Of a stretch of 64,000 bases of DNA, positions 10,373 to 21,360 are shown piece after piece. The notes under the pieces are model-generated. The model was not told the origin of the DNA. It ran no database searches and worked only from the letters and a program-made list of their open reading frames with translations. Numbering within the stretch: position 1 is the stretch's first letter; the number at the start of each line of letters is the position of its first letter. This DNA comes from Rubrobacterales bacterium (GTDB lineage Bacteria; Actinomycetota; Rubrobacteria; Rubrobacterales; Rubrobacteraceae), in contig JBBPYN010000076.1 of assembly GCA_038199875.1 (NCBI GenBank), forward strand, positions 7,036-71,035, read 5' to 3'. The position numbers and the translations under genes are program-made.

Positions 10373-11065
10373 CTAACATGTCCTACACAGGCTCAGGGCG
10401 TGGACTTCTTTCGCGCCGGCGCTTACGAGGGTTAGTGCGCATGCGTTCATGGTCGCGCCTGTGGTGAAGACGTCGTCGACGAGCAGGAGCCTGCCATGGA
10501 GAGAGTTCTTGGCCTTGTAGGCGCCCGCGACGTTGGCCCGCCTCTGGGCCGCCGAGAGCTCGACCTGATCCCTTGTGCCGCGCACGACTTCCAGTGTATC
10601 CGATACGCTTGCGTTTAGCTTCTGCGCGACGCCCCTTGCCAGGAGCTCGGCCTGGTTGAAGCCCCGCTTTCTGCGGCGCGCGCGGTGCAGGGGTACGGGA
10701 ACGACGGCGTCGAAGCGGCCGTCGCCGAGGGCCTGGAGCATGAGTGGCGTTGCCAGCCTGTCGACTACCTGTTTGTAGCCGCGGTACTTGAGGGCGTGAA
10801 CGATCTTCTTCCCCACGCCTTCGTATTTCAGGGCAGCTTTCGCGCTCTCGAAACCGAAGTCTACACTCTTGCATTCTTCGCACACGAAGGTCGCGAAGGC
10901 GGTGGGCAGCCCGCACCGCCCACAGACGGGGTGGCCCACCCGGGGCAGGGCTTCGAAGCAGGCGCGGCAGAGCACGTCGCTGGAGCGCCGCTCGCAGCCG
11001 ACGCAGCGCTGGGGGTAGAACATGTCGGCGAGCGCGGCGAGGTAGGGTTGTAAGGCATCAGGCAT
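10373..11065 (-). CDS. comF: ComF family protein (double zinc ribbon + PRTase)
   Basis: CxxC...CxxC...CxxC...CxxC, RGFNQAELLA, LLLVDDVFTTGAT. Confidence 0.9.
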   Translation of the reverse strand: MPDALQPYLAALADMFYPQRCVGCERRSSDVLCRACFEALPRVGHPVCGRCGLPTAFATFVCEECKSVDFGFESAKAALKYEGVGKKIVHALKYRGYKQVVDRLATPLMLQALGDGRFDAVVPVPLHRARRRKRGFNQAELLARGVAQKLNASVSDTLEVVRGTRDQVELSAAQRRANVAGAYKAKNSLHGRLLLVDDVFTTGATMNACALTLVSAGAKEVHALSLCRTC

Positions 11066-11204
11066 CAGCAGTGGCACCAGGGTTCGCAACCGACGCAGCG
11101 AGTTCGAAACCCTGGGCCGGTCGCGCCGAACGCTTTCTACTAAGAGTCGGACGGATCGGGCGTCAGCTTTAATCTGAACCTGATGCCTGCGGAGCGAAGC
11201 GAAG

Positions 11205-12308
11205 CTAGAAGTTCAAGCTACGGGGCGAGACGACGACCCCTGGGTTCACGCGGATGCCCTGATCCAGGACGTTCCCCTCGCCGACCACGCAGCGGGCGCC
11301 CAGCACCGAGAGGCCACGTAAGATGGAGTTGGTGCCGACCCTGGCGTACGGCCCGACGATCGAACCCCTTACCACGGCGCCAGCCTCCACCTCGGCGCCT
11401 TCGAGGAGGATGCTCCCCTCGACCACGGCCCCCTCCCCCACGATGCAGCCCTTCCCGAGCGAGGAGCGCCCGCCGATCGTGGCGAGGTGTGAGATCCTGC
11501 AGCCCTCGTCGATCGAGACAGGTGGCAGGAGCCTGACGTTCTTTCCACGTTCGACCGAGGGGTGTACGTCCATGTACTCGAAGGCCTCGTGGGACCCGAC
11601 GGCACCTGAGAGTACGTCGTGGGACGCGGCCAGGTAGCTGCGCGGCGTCCCTATGTCGCGCCAGTAAGAGCTGGAGATGTGGGCCCTTAGCCTGCCGCTA
11701 TCCTGGAGCTCGGGGAAGATCTCGCGCTCGATAGAGACCTCGCGGCCGGCCGGGATCATCTCCAGAACTTCAGGCTCCAACACGTAGACGCCGGCGTTGA
11801 CCAGGTTGGTCGTCACCTCGTCAGCGGCCGGCTTCTCGATGAAGCGGTGGACTAGCATCTCGTGGTCGACCTCGACGAGGCCGTAGGCTGTCGGGTCCTC
11901 CACGCTCGTCAGGGTGATGGTGGCAAGGGCGTCGGATGCCTTGTGCACCAGTATCGCCATGGCGAGGTCCATCCCCGATAGCACGTCGCCGTTGACCACG
12001 ACCAGTGTCTCGCCGTCGAGGTATTCCTCGGCGTTCTTGATGCCGCCCGCGGTCCCAAGGGCGTGGTCCTCGACCGCGTAGTCCACGGTGAAGTCTGCGA
12101 AGTCCTGCTTGCCGCAGAGGTAGGCCTGTATCGGATCTGGCAGGTACCCAAGTGAGAGGACCGCGCCAGAGAGCCCGCCGCGGCGCAGGAAGTCGAGCAT
12201 GTATCCCATAAAGGGACGGTTGCGGAGCGGTACCAGTGCCTTTGGTATGTCGTAGGTGACGGGCCGCAGCCTGCTGCCCTGTCCACCGACCAGTACGACT
12301 GCCTTCAT
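11205..12308 (-). CDS. NDP-sugar pyrophosphorylase (mannose-1-phosphate guanylyltransferase-like) with left-handed beta-helix C-terminus
   Basis: LVGGQGSRLRP...PKAL, FIEKP, YWRDIGTP, hexapeptide repeats. Confidence 0.88.
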   Translation of the reverse strand: MKAVVLVGGQGSRLRPVTYDIPKALVPLRNRPFMGYMLDFLRRGGLSGAVLSLGYLPDPIQAYLCGKQDFADFTVDYAVEDHALGTAGGIKNAEEYLDGETLVVVNGDVLSGMDLAMAILVHKASDALATITLTSVEDPTAYGLVEVDHEMLVHRFIEKPAADEVTTNLVNAGVYVLEPEVLEMIPAGREVSIEREIFPELQDSGRLRAHISSSYWRDIGTPRSYLAASHDVLSGAVGSHEAFEYMDVHPSVERGKNVRLLPPVSIDEGCRISHLATIGGRSSLGKGCIVGEGAVVEGSILLEGAEVEAGAVVRGSIVGPYARVGTNSILRGLSVLGARCVVGEGNVLDQGIRVNPGVVVSPRSLNF

Positions 12309-12386
12309 GGGCCTAGCTTACACCAGGCATGCATCGCGAACCAATACGAAGCGGGCGATCTTTGATTCCCTGCGGCCGGAGGGCCC

Positions 12387-13820
12387 TCACGCCAGCCCTG
12401 ACGCACCGACCAGCGCGGAGAGGGGGATGATGAGCAGGCCGAACAGCGTGGCGAGAACGGCCAGGATGTAGACGGAGAACCTGACGGCGCCACTCCCTTT
12501 CGACCTCACCGTCTCGGTCGTCGGCTCCTCGAGGACCATGTTGCGGATGATGCCGAAGTAGTAGGGGACGGAGAGGACCGTGTTGACGACGAGCGCCCCG
12601 ACGACGACGTAGACCAGGACAGAACCCGACTGGGCGCCCGCGATGATGATCCAGAGCTTCCCGAAGAACCCAGAGAGCGGGGGTATGCCGACTAGCGCGG
12701 CCATGAACAGGGCCATGCTAGCCGCCACGCCCGGGTTGGTCCTGACGAGCCCGTTATAGTTCTTGGCGTCCTCGCCGACGAGGTCTATGACGAGGAAGGC
12801 GCCCATGTTCATAACGGCGTAGGCCGCTGTGTAGATCAGGACCGCCTGCACGGCGAAAGCGACCCCTGCCCCCTGGAGCGCGGCGAATGCGGCCAGTATG
12901 TATCCCGAGTGGGCCACGGAGCTGTAGGCGAGCATCCGCCTGACGTTGCGCTGCCTGAGGGCGAAGAGGTTACCGACGAACATCGTGAGGATCGCGAGGA
13001 AGGCCATCACGGCGGTCCAGGTCGACGCCGCCTCAGGCATGCCTTCGAGGAGTATCCGAAGGAGTACCGCGAAGGTCGCGGCCTTCGGGCCGACCGACAG
13101 GAAGGCAGCCGCGCTCGTCGGGGCGCCCTGGTAGGCGTCGGGGGTCCAGAAGTGGAAGGGCGCGGCAGAGAGCTTGAAGGCGAAACCCGAGATCATCAAC
13201 ACGAGCCCGAGGACGGCGACCGGGGTGAGGTTGCCCGTGAACGTCTCGGCCACGTCAGAGAGCATCGCCGAGCCGGAGACGCCGTAGATCAGGACAAGCC
13301 CGTACAGGAGCACGGAGGAGGCGATGACGCCCGTGATCAGGTACTTCATCCCGCCCTCGGCGCTCTCGCGGCGGCTCCTGTCGAAGGCGACCATAGCGTA
13401 TGAAGGTATGGTCGCGAGCTCGATGGAGAGGAAGATGCCGAAGAGGTCACGCATGGAGACGAGCAGCGTCGCACCGAGCACGACGGAGAGGATGAGCGTC
13501 AGGTACTCAGGGCCGTCGCCAGTCTCGCCCGACCAGCGGGCAGCAGCCAGCACGGCGAAGAAGGCCGAGCCTGCGACTATCAGCTTGAAGTAAAGCGCGA
13601 AGCCGTCGACCACATAACCGCCGCCGAAGAAGCTGCCTGAGAAGCCCGTCGCGAGCAGGACGGCCGCGCTGGAGAAAACAGCCAGCGTCCCGAGGGCGGC
13701 AAGGCCTGCCGAGATACCGACGTTGCTCTCGCTAAAGGCTCCGACCATGAGGACCAGGATCACGAACCCCGTCGAGATCAGCTCGGGGAGAAGCGCGACG
13801 ATCGTTTGTCCCGTGACCAC
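12387..13820 (-). CDS. nuoN: Complex I subunit N
   Basis: SIELATIPSY, EGGMKYL, FKLSAAPFHFWTPDAYQGAPT, RMLAYSSVAHSGY. Confidence 0.95.
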   Translation of the reverse strand: MVTGQTIVALLPELISTGFVILVLMVGAFSESNVGISAGLAALGTLAVFSSAAVLLATGFSGSFFGGGYVVDGFALYFKLIVAGSAFFAVLAAARWSGETGDGPEYLTLILSVVLGATLLVSMRDLFGIFLSIELATIPSYAMVAFDRSRRESAEGGMKYLITGVIASSVLLYGLVLIYGVSGSAMLSDVAETFTGNLTPVAVLGLVLMISGFAFKLSAAPFHFWTPDAYQGAPTSAAAFLSVGPKAATFAVLLRILLEGMPEAASTWTAVMAFLAILTMFVGNLFALRQRNVRRMLAYSSVAHSGYILAAFAALQGAGVAFAVQAVLIYTAAYAVMNMGAFLVIDLVGEDAKNYNGLVRTNPGVAASMALFMAALVGIPPLSGFFGKLWIIIAGAQSGSVLVYVVVGALVVNTVLSVPYYFGIIRNMVLEEPTTETVRSKGSGAVRFSVYILAVLATLFGLLIIPLSALVGASGLA

Positions 13821-15274
13821 TAGCTACCCCCTATCACGGCCAGGATGGCGTCGACGGCCGGGCGTTGGATGCTTATGAGCAAGGCTGGGAAGACGCCGAG
13901 CACGACGAGCAGCAAGGCGAGCGGCACCAGGGAGGCCATCTCGGCCGGCCCCGCGTCGTCTATCTGCTCGTAGGCAGGGCTTTCGATGGGACCGAAGATC
14001 ACACGCGCCAGCATGTAAAGCAGGTACATGGCTGAGAGTATGATCCCGAACGACGCGAGCACCCCTTGAACCGGGAAAGTCGCGTACCCGCCCATGATGC
14101 TCATGAATTCGGAGACGAAGACGGCGAGCCCCGGAAGCCCCATCGCGGCGAGCGCGCCGAGGGCGAGGAGCCCACCGGCCCACGGCATCCTGGCAGCGAG
14201 CCCCCCGAGCTCGCTGATGCGGCGCGTCCCAGTCCTTGCCGCTATCACGCCGACAAGGATAAAGAGCAGCGCAGAGTAGAGACCGTGCGAGACCTGCTGG
14301 AAGACAGCACCGTTCAGGCCAACGGCGTTACTCGAGGCGGCCCCGAGCAGGATGAAGCCAAGGGTTCCAATTGATGAGTAGGCGACGAGCGCCTTCAGGT
14401 CTGGTTGAAGGAACGCGACGAACGACCCGTAGATAATGTTGATAACCCCGAAAGCGGCGAGGTAAGGGAGAAAAGGCTCGACGCCCTGCGGCAGAAGCGG
14501 GATCGCCACCTTGATAAGGCCGTACGTACCCAGCTTCGGCAGGACCCCCGAGAGAAGCACGTTGGTCGAGGTCGGGCTCGAGACGTACACGTCCAGAAGC
14601 CAACTGTGCAGCGGCACCGCGGGAACCTTGATCAGCAGCCCGAACAGTATCGGGGCCGCAACCGCGACCTGCGCCGCCCGAGAGAGGCCGCCCCCGCCCC
14701 CGAGTGAACTTATGGAGTAGGTGTCGGCGAGGATGCCGAAGGCAAGGAAGCCTGCCAGCATCACCGTCGAGCCGAGGAACGTGTAGATGAAGAACTTGAT
14801 CGCGGCAGGACGACGGTTCTCATCGCCCCAGACGCCGACGAGCAGATACATCGGGATCAGCGTGATCTCGAAGAACACGTAGAACAGGATCAGGTCCTGC
14901 GCAGCGAAGACGCCGAGCATCCCAACCTCGGCGACGAAGAGCGCGGCGAAGTACTGCCTGAGGTTACGGTTCACGTCCCCCGAAGCCACGATCGCTATGA
15001 CGGTGAGGAAGGTGGAGAGGAAGAACATCCCGAACCCGAGCCCGTCGAGCCCGACCCTGTAGCCTATGTTGAGCGACCGTATCCAGGTCAGGTCCTGAGT
15101 GAGGGCCGCGACGCCCAGATCATCGCCGAAGGCGAAGTAGATGTAGATCGCGAGGATCAGGGGCACGGCAGCCACCCCGAGGGCGGCGTAGCGCACGAGG
15201 CGCTCATCGTCGGGCAGGAGAAGCATGAGTACAGCGCCGAGAAGCGGGATCAGGATGGTCACCGTCGTTATCAC
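13820..15274 (-). CDS. nuoM: Complex I subunit M
   Basis: LFYVFFEITLIPMY, IKVPAVPLHSWL, KLGTYG, LPGLAVFVSEF. GTG at 15274 overlaps the nuoL TGA. Confidence 0.95.
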   Translation of the reverse strand: MITTVTILIPLLGAVLMLLLPDDERLVRYAALGVAAVPLILAIYIYFAFGDDLGVAALTQDLTWIRSLNIGYRVGLDGLGFGMFFLSTFLTVIAIVASGDVNRNLRQYFAALFVAEVGMLGVFAAQDLILFYVFFEITLIPMYLLVGVWGDENRRPAAIKFFIYTFLGSTVMLAGFLAFGILADTYSISSLGGGGGLSRAAQVAVAAPILFGLLIKVPAVPLHSWLLDVYVSSPTSTNVLLSGVLPKLGTYGLIKVAIPLLPQGVEPFLPYLAAFGVINIIYGSFVAFLQPDLKALVAYSSIGTLGFILLGAASSNAVGLNGAVFQQVSHGLYSALLFILVGVIAARTGTRRISELGGLAARMPWAGGLLALGALAAMGLPGLAVFVSEFMSIMGGYATFPVQGVLASFGIILSAMYLLYMLARVIFGPIESPAYEQIDDAGPAEMASLVPLALLLVVLGVFPALLISIQRPAVDAILAVIGGS

Positions 15275-17253
15275 AGGCGGGCCCCCACGGCGAAGGCGGC
15301 GATGGTTATCAGGGCTATGAGCCCGACGACGATCACCGCGTACTGCGCCCCTACGATTACCGCGATGATCAAGACGCTCAGCAGGATGAACAGGGCGTAG
15401 TTCTGGACCCCGCCGCTCTGCAGCCGCTGAAGAAGTCCCCCCGTCCCGAGCGTCCCGCGTCCGACCTCGCCGACCAGACCGCCGATGACGTTCCGGTCGA
15501 AGCCACGGGTAGCTCGTCCGAGCCACATCGCGAACCGCACGAACGTCGCGCCGTAGAGATCGTCGAAGTACCAGCCCTTGTCCAGGAACTTGTGAAGCCA
15601 CGAGAACCGTCTGGCGAGCGCCCCTGCCTGCTCCGGCCTCGCGACGTAGAGCGCGTAGGCCAGGCCAATCCCAAGGACCGCGACGAGGACCGAGACCCCG
15701 CCTAGCGCGTAGCTAAAGCCGTGCTCTTCGACGTTGAGCGTCGAGACGGCGAACTCGCTGGGATGCACGAACTCGGCGAAGTAATCAGGGATCGGGAGCC
15801 CGAACCCCTCTGGTATGCCCACCCACCCGCTCACGATAGATAGGAAGGCAAGGAGCATCATCGGGCCCGTCATTATCCCTGGCGACTCCGCCGCCTCCCT
15901 CGCCCCATCGGTACGAGGTTCGCCGGTAAAGGCGAGGAAGATAGCGCGGAAGATGTAGAAAGCCGTGAGGAACACCGTCAAGAGCGCCATGCCGAACAAG
16001 ACGTAGTAGTGCTCCTCGTAGGCCGAGGCGACGATGGCGTCCTTGGACCAGAACCCGGAGAAGGGGATGATCCCGGAGAGCGAGAGTCCCGCTATGACCA
16101 CCGCCACGAAGGTAAGAGGCATCTTCCGCCTGAGCCCCCCCATCTCGAAGAGGTTGTAGGAGTCCATCGCGTAGATGATGCTGCCGGCGCACAGGAAGAG
16201 GAGCGCCTTGAAGAAGGCGTGGTTGTAGAGGTGGAAGATGCCTGCTGAGTAAGAACCGATCCCGAGGCCTAGCATCATGTACCCGAGCTGGGAGACGGTG
16301 GAGTAGGCGATCACACGTTTGATGTCCTTCTTGACCAGCGCCATGGTCGCCGCCATCAGCGCGGTAAAGCCGCCGATGTAGGCGACGACGAGCATGGCCG
16401 TTGGGCTCTGCACGAAGATGTCGTAAGTGCGAGCAACGAGGTAGACACCAGCTGCGACCATGGTCGCCGCGTGGATCAGGGCGCTAACCGGCGTCGGGCC
16501 CTCCATCGCGTCGGGGAGCCATACGTGCAAGGGGAACTGCGCGCTCTTGCCTACGGCGCCGATGAAGACGAGGATCACGGCCGCCGTGAACAGGGAGCCG
16601 CCGATAAACCCGGCCTGGGCCGCCTCAGAGATGTCCGAGAAGGCTGTCGAGCCCGTCGTCGCCCAGAAGATGATGATCCCGACGAACAGCGCGGCATCCC
16701 CGACCCTGGTAACAACAAAGGCCTTGAGCGCGGCGTCGCGGGCAGAGGGCTTCTCGAACCAGTGCCCGACAAGCAGGTACGAGCACAGGCCGACGAGCTC
16801 CCAGAAGATGTAGAGTTGGATGAAGTTCGGGGCAAGCACGAGCCCGAGCATCGAGGCCGTAAACAGGTTGAGCACCGCGTAGAACCAGGCGAAGCGTTTG
16901 TCGCCCTCCATGAAAGCCCCTGAGTAGAGCTGGATCATGAGGCTCACGAAGCTCACCACCACGAGCATCACCGCGGCGAGCCCGTCGATAAGAACGCCCA
17001 TCGAGAACGAACCGCCCGCGCCGAGGTCTATCCAGTTCACGGAGAACTCTATTGGCGCCCCGCCGCCTGGGACTATCCCGGCCACGAACAGAAGGGCGAA
17101 GACGGAGAAGACGAGGGAGATAGTTACCCCGAGGATGGCCACGTACTGGGCGTTCTCCTTCAGGAGGCGTCCGAAGAAGACCAGCACGAGGAATACCAGC
17201 GCGGGGAGCGCCGGAATCGCCGTTATGATCAGCTGTTGGCCTACTGTCTGCAC
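15271..17253 (-). CDS. nuoL: Complex I subunit L
   Basis: WELVGLCSYLLVGHW, GKSAQFPLHVWLPDAMEGPTPVSALIHAATMVAAG, HAFFKALLFL. Confidence 0.96.
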   Translation of the reverse strand: MQTVGQQLIITAIPALPALVFLVLVFFGRLLKENAQYVAILGVTISLVFSVFALLFVAGIVPGGGAPIEFSVNWIDLGAGGSFSMGVLIDGLAAVMLVVVSFVSLMIQLYSGAFMEGDKRFAWFYAVLNLFTASMLGLVLAPNFIQLYIFWELVGLCSYLLVGHWFEKPSARDAALKAFVVTRVGDAALFVGIIIFWATTGSTAFSDISEAAQAGFIGGSLFTAAVILVFIGAVGKSAQFPLHVWLPDAMEGPTPVSALIHAATMVAAGVYLVARTYDIFVQSPTAMLVVAYIGGFTALMAATMALVKKDIKRVIAYSTVSQLGYMMLGLGIGSYSAGIFHLYNHAFFKALLFLCAGSIIYAMDSYNLFEMGGLRRKMPLTFVAVVIAGLSLSGIIPFSGFWSKDAIVASAYEEHYYVLFGMALLTVFLTAFYIFRAIFLAFTGEPRTDGAREAAESPGIMTGPMMLLAFLSIVSGWVGIPEGFGLPIPDYFAEFVHPSEFAVSTLNVEEHGFSYALGGVSVLVAVLGIGLAYALYVARPEQAGALARRFSWLHKFLDKGWYFDDLYGATFVRFAMWLGRATRGFDRNVIGGLVGEVGRGTLGTGGLLQRLQSGGVQNYALFILLSVLIIAVIVGAQYAVIVVGLIALITIAAFAVGARL

Positions 17254-17263
17254 GGGTTCCCCT

Positions 17264-17623
17264 CTAGCCTCTCATCGAGGTTACTTCGTCGACGTTCACG
17301 GTGCGCCGCGAGCGGAACACGGCGAGCACTATAGCAAGTCCAACGGCGATCTCAGCCGCCGCTATGGCGATCACAAGCACCGCGTAGCTGACCCCGAGGC
17401 CACCGGCACCCGGAAGATAGTCGGCGAAGGCGACCAGCGTCAGGTTGACGCCGTTTATCATAAGCTCCACACACATGAAGATGACGACGGCGTTGCGCCG
17501 GATCAGAGCCCCCCACGCCCCGATGGCGAACAGGATCGCCCCGACGACGAGGTAACCCTCAAGCGGCGGCGCGGAGACGAGAGCGTCGAGAAACTGCTGC
17601 ACCTGGCTAGGCATCTGGGGCAT
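17264..17623 (-). CDS. nuoK: Complex I subunit K
   Basis: FMCVELMINGVNL, AAAEIAVGLAI. Confidence 0.94.
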   Translation of the reverse strand: MPQMPSQVQQFLDALVSAPPLEGYLVVGAILFAIGAWGALIRRNAVVIFMCVELMINGVNLTLVAFADYLPGAGGLGVSYAVLVIAIAAAEIAVGLAIVLAVFRSRRTVNVDEVTSMRG

Positions 17624-18159
17624 TACTCGCGCACCCCCCGGTCGACGCCCTCCCCCATCTTGCGGCGGCTCACGACGATCGCCGCGACGACGGCCACGAG
17701 GAGCAGCACCGAGGCGACCTCGAAGAGCAGGGTGAAGATCTCAGCCCCCTGGCTCACACCTAGCAGGTCCCGCCCGAAAGCTCCGACCTCGCGCGGCCCG
17801 TTCCCGGCCTTCACTCCAGCCCAGTCTTCGGCGGCGAGCACGTACGCGAGGAAGAGTCCGACGCCTATGGCCACGAGGAAGCCAGGCCAGAACTGGCGGT
17901 TAATGATCGTACGGTATCGCCTGACCTGCGGCTTCTGGGTGAACATGATGCCGAACAGGATCACCACCGTTACGGCGCCGACGTAGATGAGGACCTGGAA
18001 CGCGGCGAACGCAGGGGCGTTCAGCATCACGAAGTACCCGGAGATGCCGAGGAATGACCCTGACATAAACAGCGCCGAATGCACGACGCTGCGGCTCAAA
18101 ACCACCCCGAGCGCCGAGACGAGCGTCATCCCGGCCAGGAAAACGAACGCGGCCGTCAA
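17623..18159 (-). CDS. nuoJ: Complex I subunit J
   Basis: FQVLIYVGAVTVVILFGIM, FEVASVLLL. Confidence 0.93.
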   Translation of the reverse strand: MTAAFVFLAGMTLVSALGVVLSRSVVHSALFMSGSFLGISGYFVMLNAPAFAAFQVLIYVGAVTVVILFGIMFTQKPQVRRYRTIINRQFWPGFLVAIGVGLFLAYVLAAEDWAGVKAGNGPREVGAFGRDLLGVSQGAEIFTLLFEVASVLLLVAVVAAIVVSRRKMGEGVDRGVRE

Positions 18160-18665
18160 GCTGCTTCGTCCCCGGTTCTGGGTTGCTCCACGGTCTTGGG
18201 AGCCTTCTTGCCTGTTGGTTTTTTCTTCTTTTTCACGGTTGGCTTGGGGTCAACGGTCGGGTCGACTGGACGCTCGCCGAACTGCCTGGCCAGTTCAAGG
18301 CGGTTGTAGGCCTGCGCCTCGAACTCCTCGGTGTGGTAGATGCAGTTGACCGGGCAGACCTCGACGCAAAGCGAGCAGTACATGCAGCGCGAGTCGTCGA
18401 TCACGAACCCGATAGGATAAGGCTTCGGTTTGCCTGACCCGTCGGCGTCGCGCTTGGTCTGCTCGATCGAGATGCAGTGGTCCGGGCAGATCCTCATGCA
18501 CTGCAAACAAGCGATGCAGCGGTCCATGTCGACCGTAAGCATCCCGCGGCTCCGTTCTGGGAGGTCGCGTTTGTACTCGGGGTACTGGCGTGTGATCTTC
18601 TGCCCGAAGAGGTGCCTCAAGGTCACCCCCATCCCCTTCATAATGCCCTGTCCGACTTGTGGCAT
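18156..18665 (-). CDS. nuoI: Complex I subunit I (2x[4Fe-4S]) with Lys-rich C-terminal tail
   Basis: CIACLQCMRICP and CMYCSLCVEVCP; GGAGG RBS 5 nt before the ATG at 18665. Confidence 0.95.
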   Translation of the reverse strand: MPQVGQGIMKGMGVTLRHLFGQKITRQYPEYKRDLPERSRGMLTVDMDRCIACLQCMRICPDHCISIEQTKRDADGSGKPKPYPIGFVIDDSRCMYCSLCVEVCPVNCIYHTEEFEAQAYNRLELARQFGERPVDPTVDPKPTVKKKKKPTGKKAPKTVEQPRTGDEAA

Positions 18666-18674
18666 CAAAACCTC

Positions 18675-19676
18675 CTAGAAAATCAGTATCGCGCCGGCCG
18701 TGACGAACAGCCAGATCAGGGTTGCGGGGACGAGTATCTTCCAGCCGAGGTCCATGAGCTGGTCCATCCTGAGGCGGGGCACGCTCCACCTTATCCACTG
18801 GAAGGTGAACATGATCAGCGCCGTCTTGATCCCGAACCAGACCCAGTTGAAGTGCCCGAGGTCGAGGAAGGGAAGCGGCGGCTGCCAGCCGCCAATGAAG
18901 AGCGTGACGGTGATCGCCGACATGACGGCCATCGAGGCGAACTCGGCGGCCTGTATGAGGGCCCAGGTCATCCCCGAGTACTCGACCATGAAGCCGCCCA
19001 CGATCTCGCTCTCCCCTTCAGGCAGGTCGAAAGGAACCCGCTTTACCTCGGCGAGCCCCGAGATGTAGAAGGTTATGAACATCGGGAGCTGAGGCAGGAA
19101 GTACCAGGTCCAGATCGTATCCCCCTGCGCCTCGACCACGTCCGCGAGCGAGAGGCTTCCAGTAAGCATAACTACGCCGAGGAGGCTCAGGATCAGGGGC
19201 ACTTCATAAGAGATCATCTGCGCGGCCCCGCGCAGTGCGCCAAGCAGCGAGAACGCGGAGCGGCTCCCGTAGCCGGCCATAACGACGCCGAGAGCTCCTA
19301 TGGAGGTTATCGCGACGAAGAACAGTATCGCGACGTTGAGGTCGGCGACGACCGCGTCTGGGGCGAAAGGTACGACCAGCCACACGAGCGCGGCCGGTAT
19401 GAACATGGCTATCGGCGCCCCGAGGAAGACCCAGAAGTCCGACCTTCCGGGCGCGACGTTCTCTTTGGAGAACAGCTTGAAGACGTCGGCCGCCGGCTGC
19501 AGAAGACCGCGCGGCCCGACCCTGTTCGGGCCGAAGCGGAGGTGGATGTATCCAGAGACCTTCCTCTCGGCCATCGTCAGGACGGCGGCGAGGTTGAGCA
19601 CGAGGAAGAGGACAGCCCCGAAGGAGATGAGCAGCCGTATCGGCTCCATTTCCAGTAGGTTGAGGACAGTCTGCAT
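18675..19676 (-). CDS. nuoH: Complex I subunit H
   Basis: AERKVSG...RFGPNRVGP.GLLQP.AD..K, RGAAQMISYE, PFDLPEGESE, PRLRMDQLM. Confidence 0.96.
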   Translation of the reverse strand: MQTVLNLLEMEPIRLLISFGAVLFLVLNLAAVLTMAERKVSGYIHLRFGPNRVGPRGLLQPAADVFKLFSKENVAPGRSDFWVFLGAPIAMFIPAALVWLVVPFAPDAVVADLNVAILFFVAITSIGALGVVMAGYGSRSAFSLLGALRGAAQMISYEVPLILSLLGVVMLTGSLSLADVVEAQGDTIWTWYFLPQLPMFITFYISGLAEVKRVPFDLPEGESEIVGGFMVEYSGMTWALIQAAEFASMAVMSAITVTLFIGGWQPPLPFLDLGHFNWVWFGIKTALIMFTFQWIRWSVPRLRMDQLMDLGWKILVPATLIWLFVTAGAILIF

Positions 19677-20864
19677 CTACTTGTCCCACCCGCCGGAGAC
19701 GGGGTCCACGAGGCCCATGATCGGCATGATGTCAGGCAGGTAATGTCCAGGCACTATCTCCTGCAAGAGCTGCATGTTGCAGAAGCTCGGGTCGCGGTAA
19801 TGGACCCTGTAAGGGGTGTCCGAGCCGTCAGAGACGACGTGGACGGCGTACTCGCCGCGCGGGCTCTCCACCCTGCCGAAGCCCTCGCCCTCGGCTGGCC
19901 TTATGCGGCGGCCCGTGTCCCCCATGACCTCGCCCTCGGGCATCTGCTCGAGGCACTGTTTGATCAGGCGTATGCTCTGCAGACACTCCGCTATGCGCAC
20001 CCTGTAAGAAGCCTCGACGTCGCCAGCCGTGTCCGTGATGACCTCGAACTCCAGCTCGGGATACACGCTGTAGGGATAGTCGAGCCTGATGTCGAAGTCC
20101 ACGCCCGTGCAGCGCAGGGCTGGGCCGGTCACACCCATCTCGACGGCCTGCTCCTGGGTCATATTCCCAACGTTTCGGGTGCGTGAGATAAAGATCTCAT
20201 TCCCCGCAATAAGGTCAACGAAGTCCCTCTGGAAGTGGTCCTCGAGGCTCTCGATGTAGTCCCAGATCTTCTGGGGTATATCGGGCGGCAAATCGGCCTT
20301 GACGCCGCCTATCCTGATGTAGTGATACATCATCCGTGCGCCTGTTACGGCCTCGAAGATGGACTGTATGCGCTCCCTCTCGCGGAAGGCGTAGAGGATC
20401 GGGGTGAAGGCCCCGAGCTCGAGCATGAGGAAACCGATGGAGGGGATGTGGCTCGCGAGCCGCATGAGCTCGCACATGAGCACGCGGATGTACTCGGCCC
20501 TCGGTGGTATCTCGACGTCGAGTAAATCTTCGACCGCTAGCACGTAGCCGTGCTCGTTGTGCATGTTGGCGAAGTAGTCGAGCCTGTCCGTCAGCGGGAT
20601 GACCGCCGGATACATGCGGTTCTCGGCGATCTTCTCCTGACAGCGGTGCAGATATCCCATCACGGGGTCGCACCTCACGACGGTCTCGCCGTCGAGCTCC
20701 AGGATGAGCCTGAGAAGCCCGTGCATCGCGGGGTGCTGGGGCCCCATGTTCATGTCTATGGTCTCTAGCCCGAACTCGTCCCTGATGTCGGGGCTTACCA
20801 GGCGGCTGCTCGCGGGCTCGGTGAGCGCGCCCTCGTGGTGTGCGCGGCGTTCTTCGCTAAGCAT
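19677..20864 (-). CDS. nuoD: Complex I subunit D
   Basis: [31 protein letters not shown]. No NiFe-binding CxxC pairs. Confidence 0.95.
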   Translation of the reverse strand: MLSEERRAHHEGALTEPASSRLVSPDIRDEFGLETIDMNMGPQHPAMHGLLRLILELDGETVVRCDPVMGYLHRCQEKIAENRMYPAVIPLTDRLDYFANMHNEHGYVLAVEDLLDVEIPPRAEYIRVLMCELMRLASHIPSIGFLMLELGAFTPILYAFRERERIQSIFEAVTGARMMYHYIRIGGVKADLPPDIPQKIWDYIESLEDHFQRDFVDLIAGNEIFISRTRNVGNMTQEQAVEMGVTGPALRCTGVDFDIRLDYPYSVYPELEFEVITDTAGDVEASYRVRIAECLQSIRLIKQCLEQMPEGEVMGDTGRRIRPAEGEGFGRVESPRGEYAVHVVSDGSDTPYRVHYRDPSFCNMQLLQEIVPGHYLPDIMPIMGLVDPVSGGWDK

Positions 20865-20868
20865 AACC

Positions 20869-21360
20869 CTACCTCAGTCCCTCGAAGGTGCGCTTGGTGC
20901 TGATCTCGAAGCTCTTGAGCAGCGGGTGGTGGTCGAAGTGGTCCTGCCACATGTACGTCCTGCGCAGGTCGGGATGACCCGCGAAGGCCACACCGAACAT
21001 GTCGTAGGCCTCCCTCTCGTGCCAGTTCGCCGTGGGGTAACTCTTGGTTGCGGTCCCGATCACAGGCTCATCACCCTTGATGGTAGTCTTGACCCTGACG
21101 CTGGCTCCCCTGAAATCCATGAGCTCATAAGTCAGCTCGAAAGACCCCTGTCTGTCCACGACCGTGATAAACGAGAGGTGCGGGATGCCTAAAGCCTCGC
21201 GCGCGGTCGCGAGCACGGCAGGCACGTCGCCTGGAAGGGCGACGACCAGCACCACGTTATCCATGATCTCCGACTCTTCCAGGCCGTGCCTGTTGTTGAA
21301 GCCATCCAGGTAGCGTTGAAGCCGGGTCTGGAGATCCCCCTCCGGCAACGAGAGGGCCAC
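20869..21360 (-). CDS. nuoC: Complex I subunit C (short)
   Basis: [24 protein letters not shown]...HPLLK. Confidence 0.93.
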   Translation of the reverse strand: MALSLPEGDLQTRLQRYLDGFNNRHGLEESEIMDNVVLVVALPGDVPAVLATAREALGIPHLSFITVVDRQGSFELTYELMDFRGASVRVKTTIKGDEPVIGTATKSYPTANWHEREAYDMFGVAFAGHPDLRRTYMWQDHFDHHPLLKSFEISTKRTFEGLR

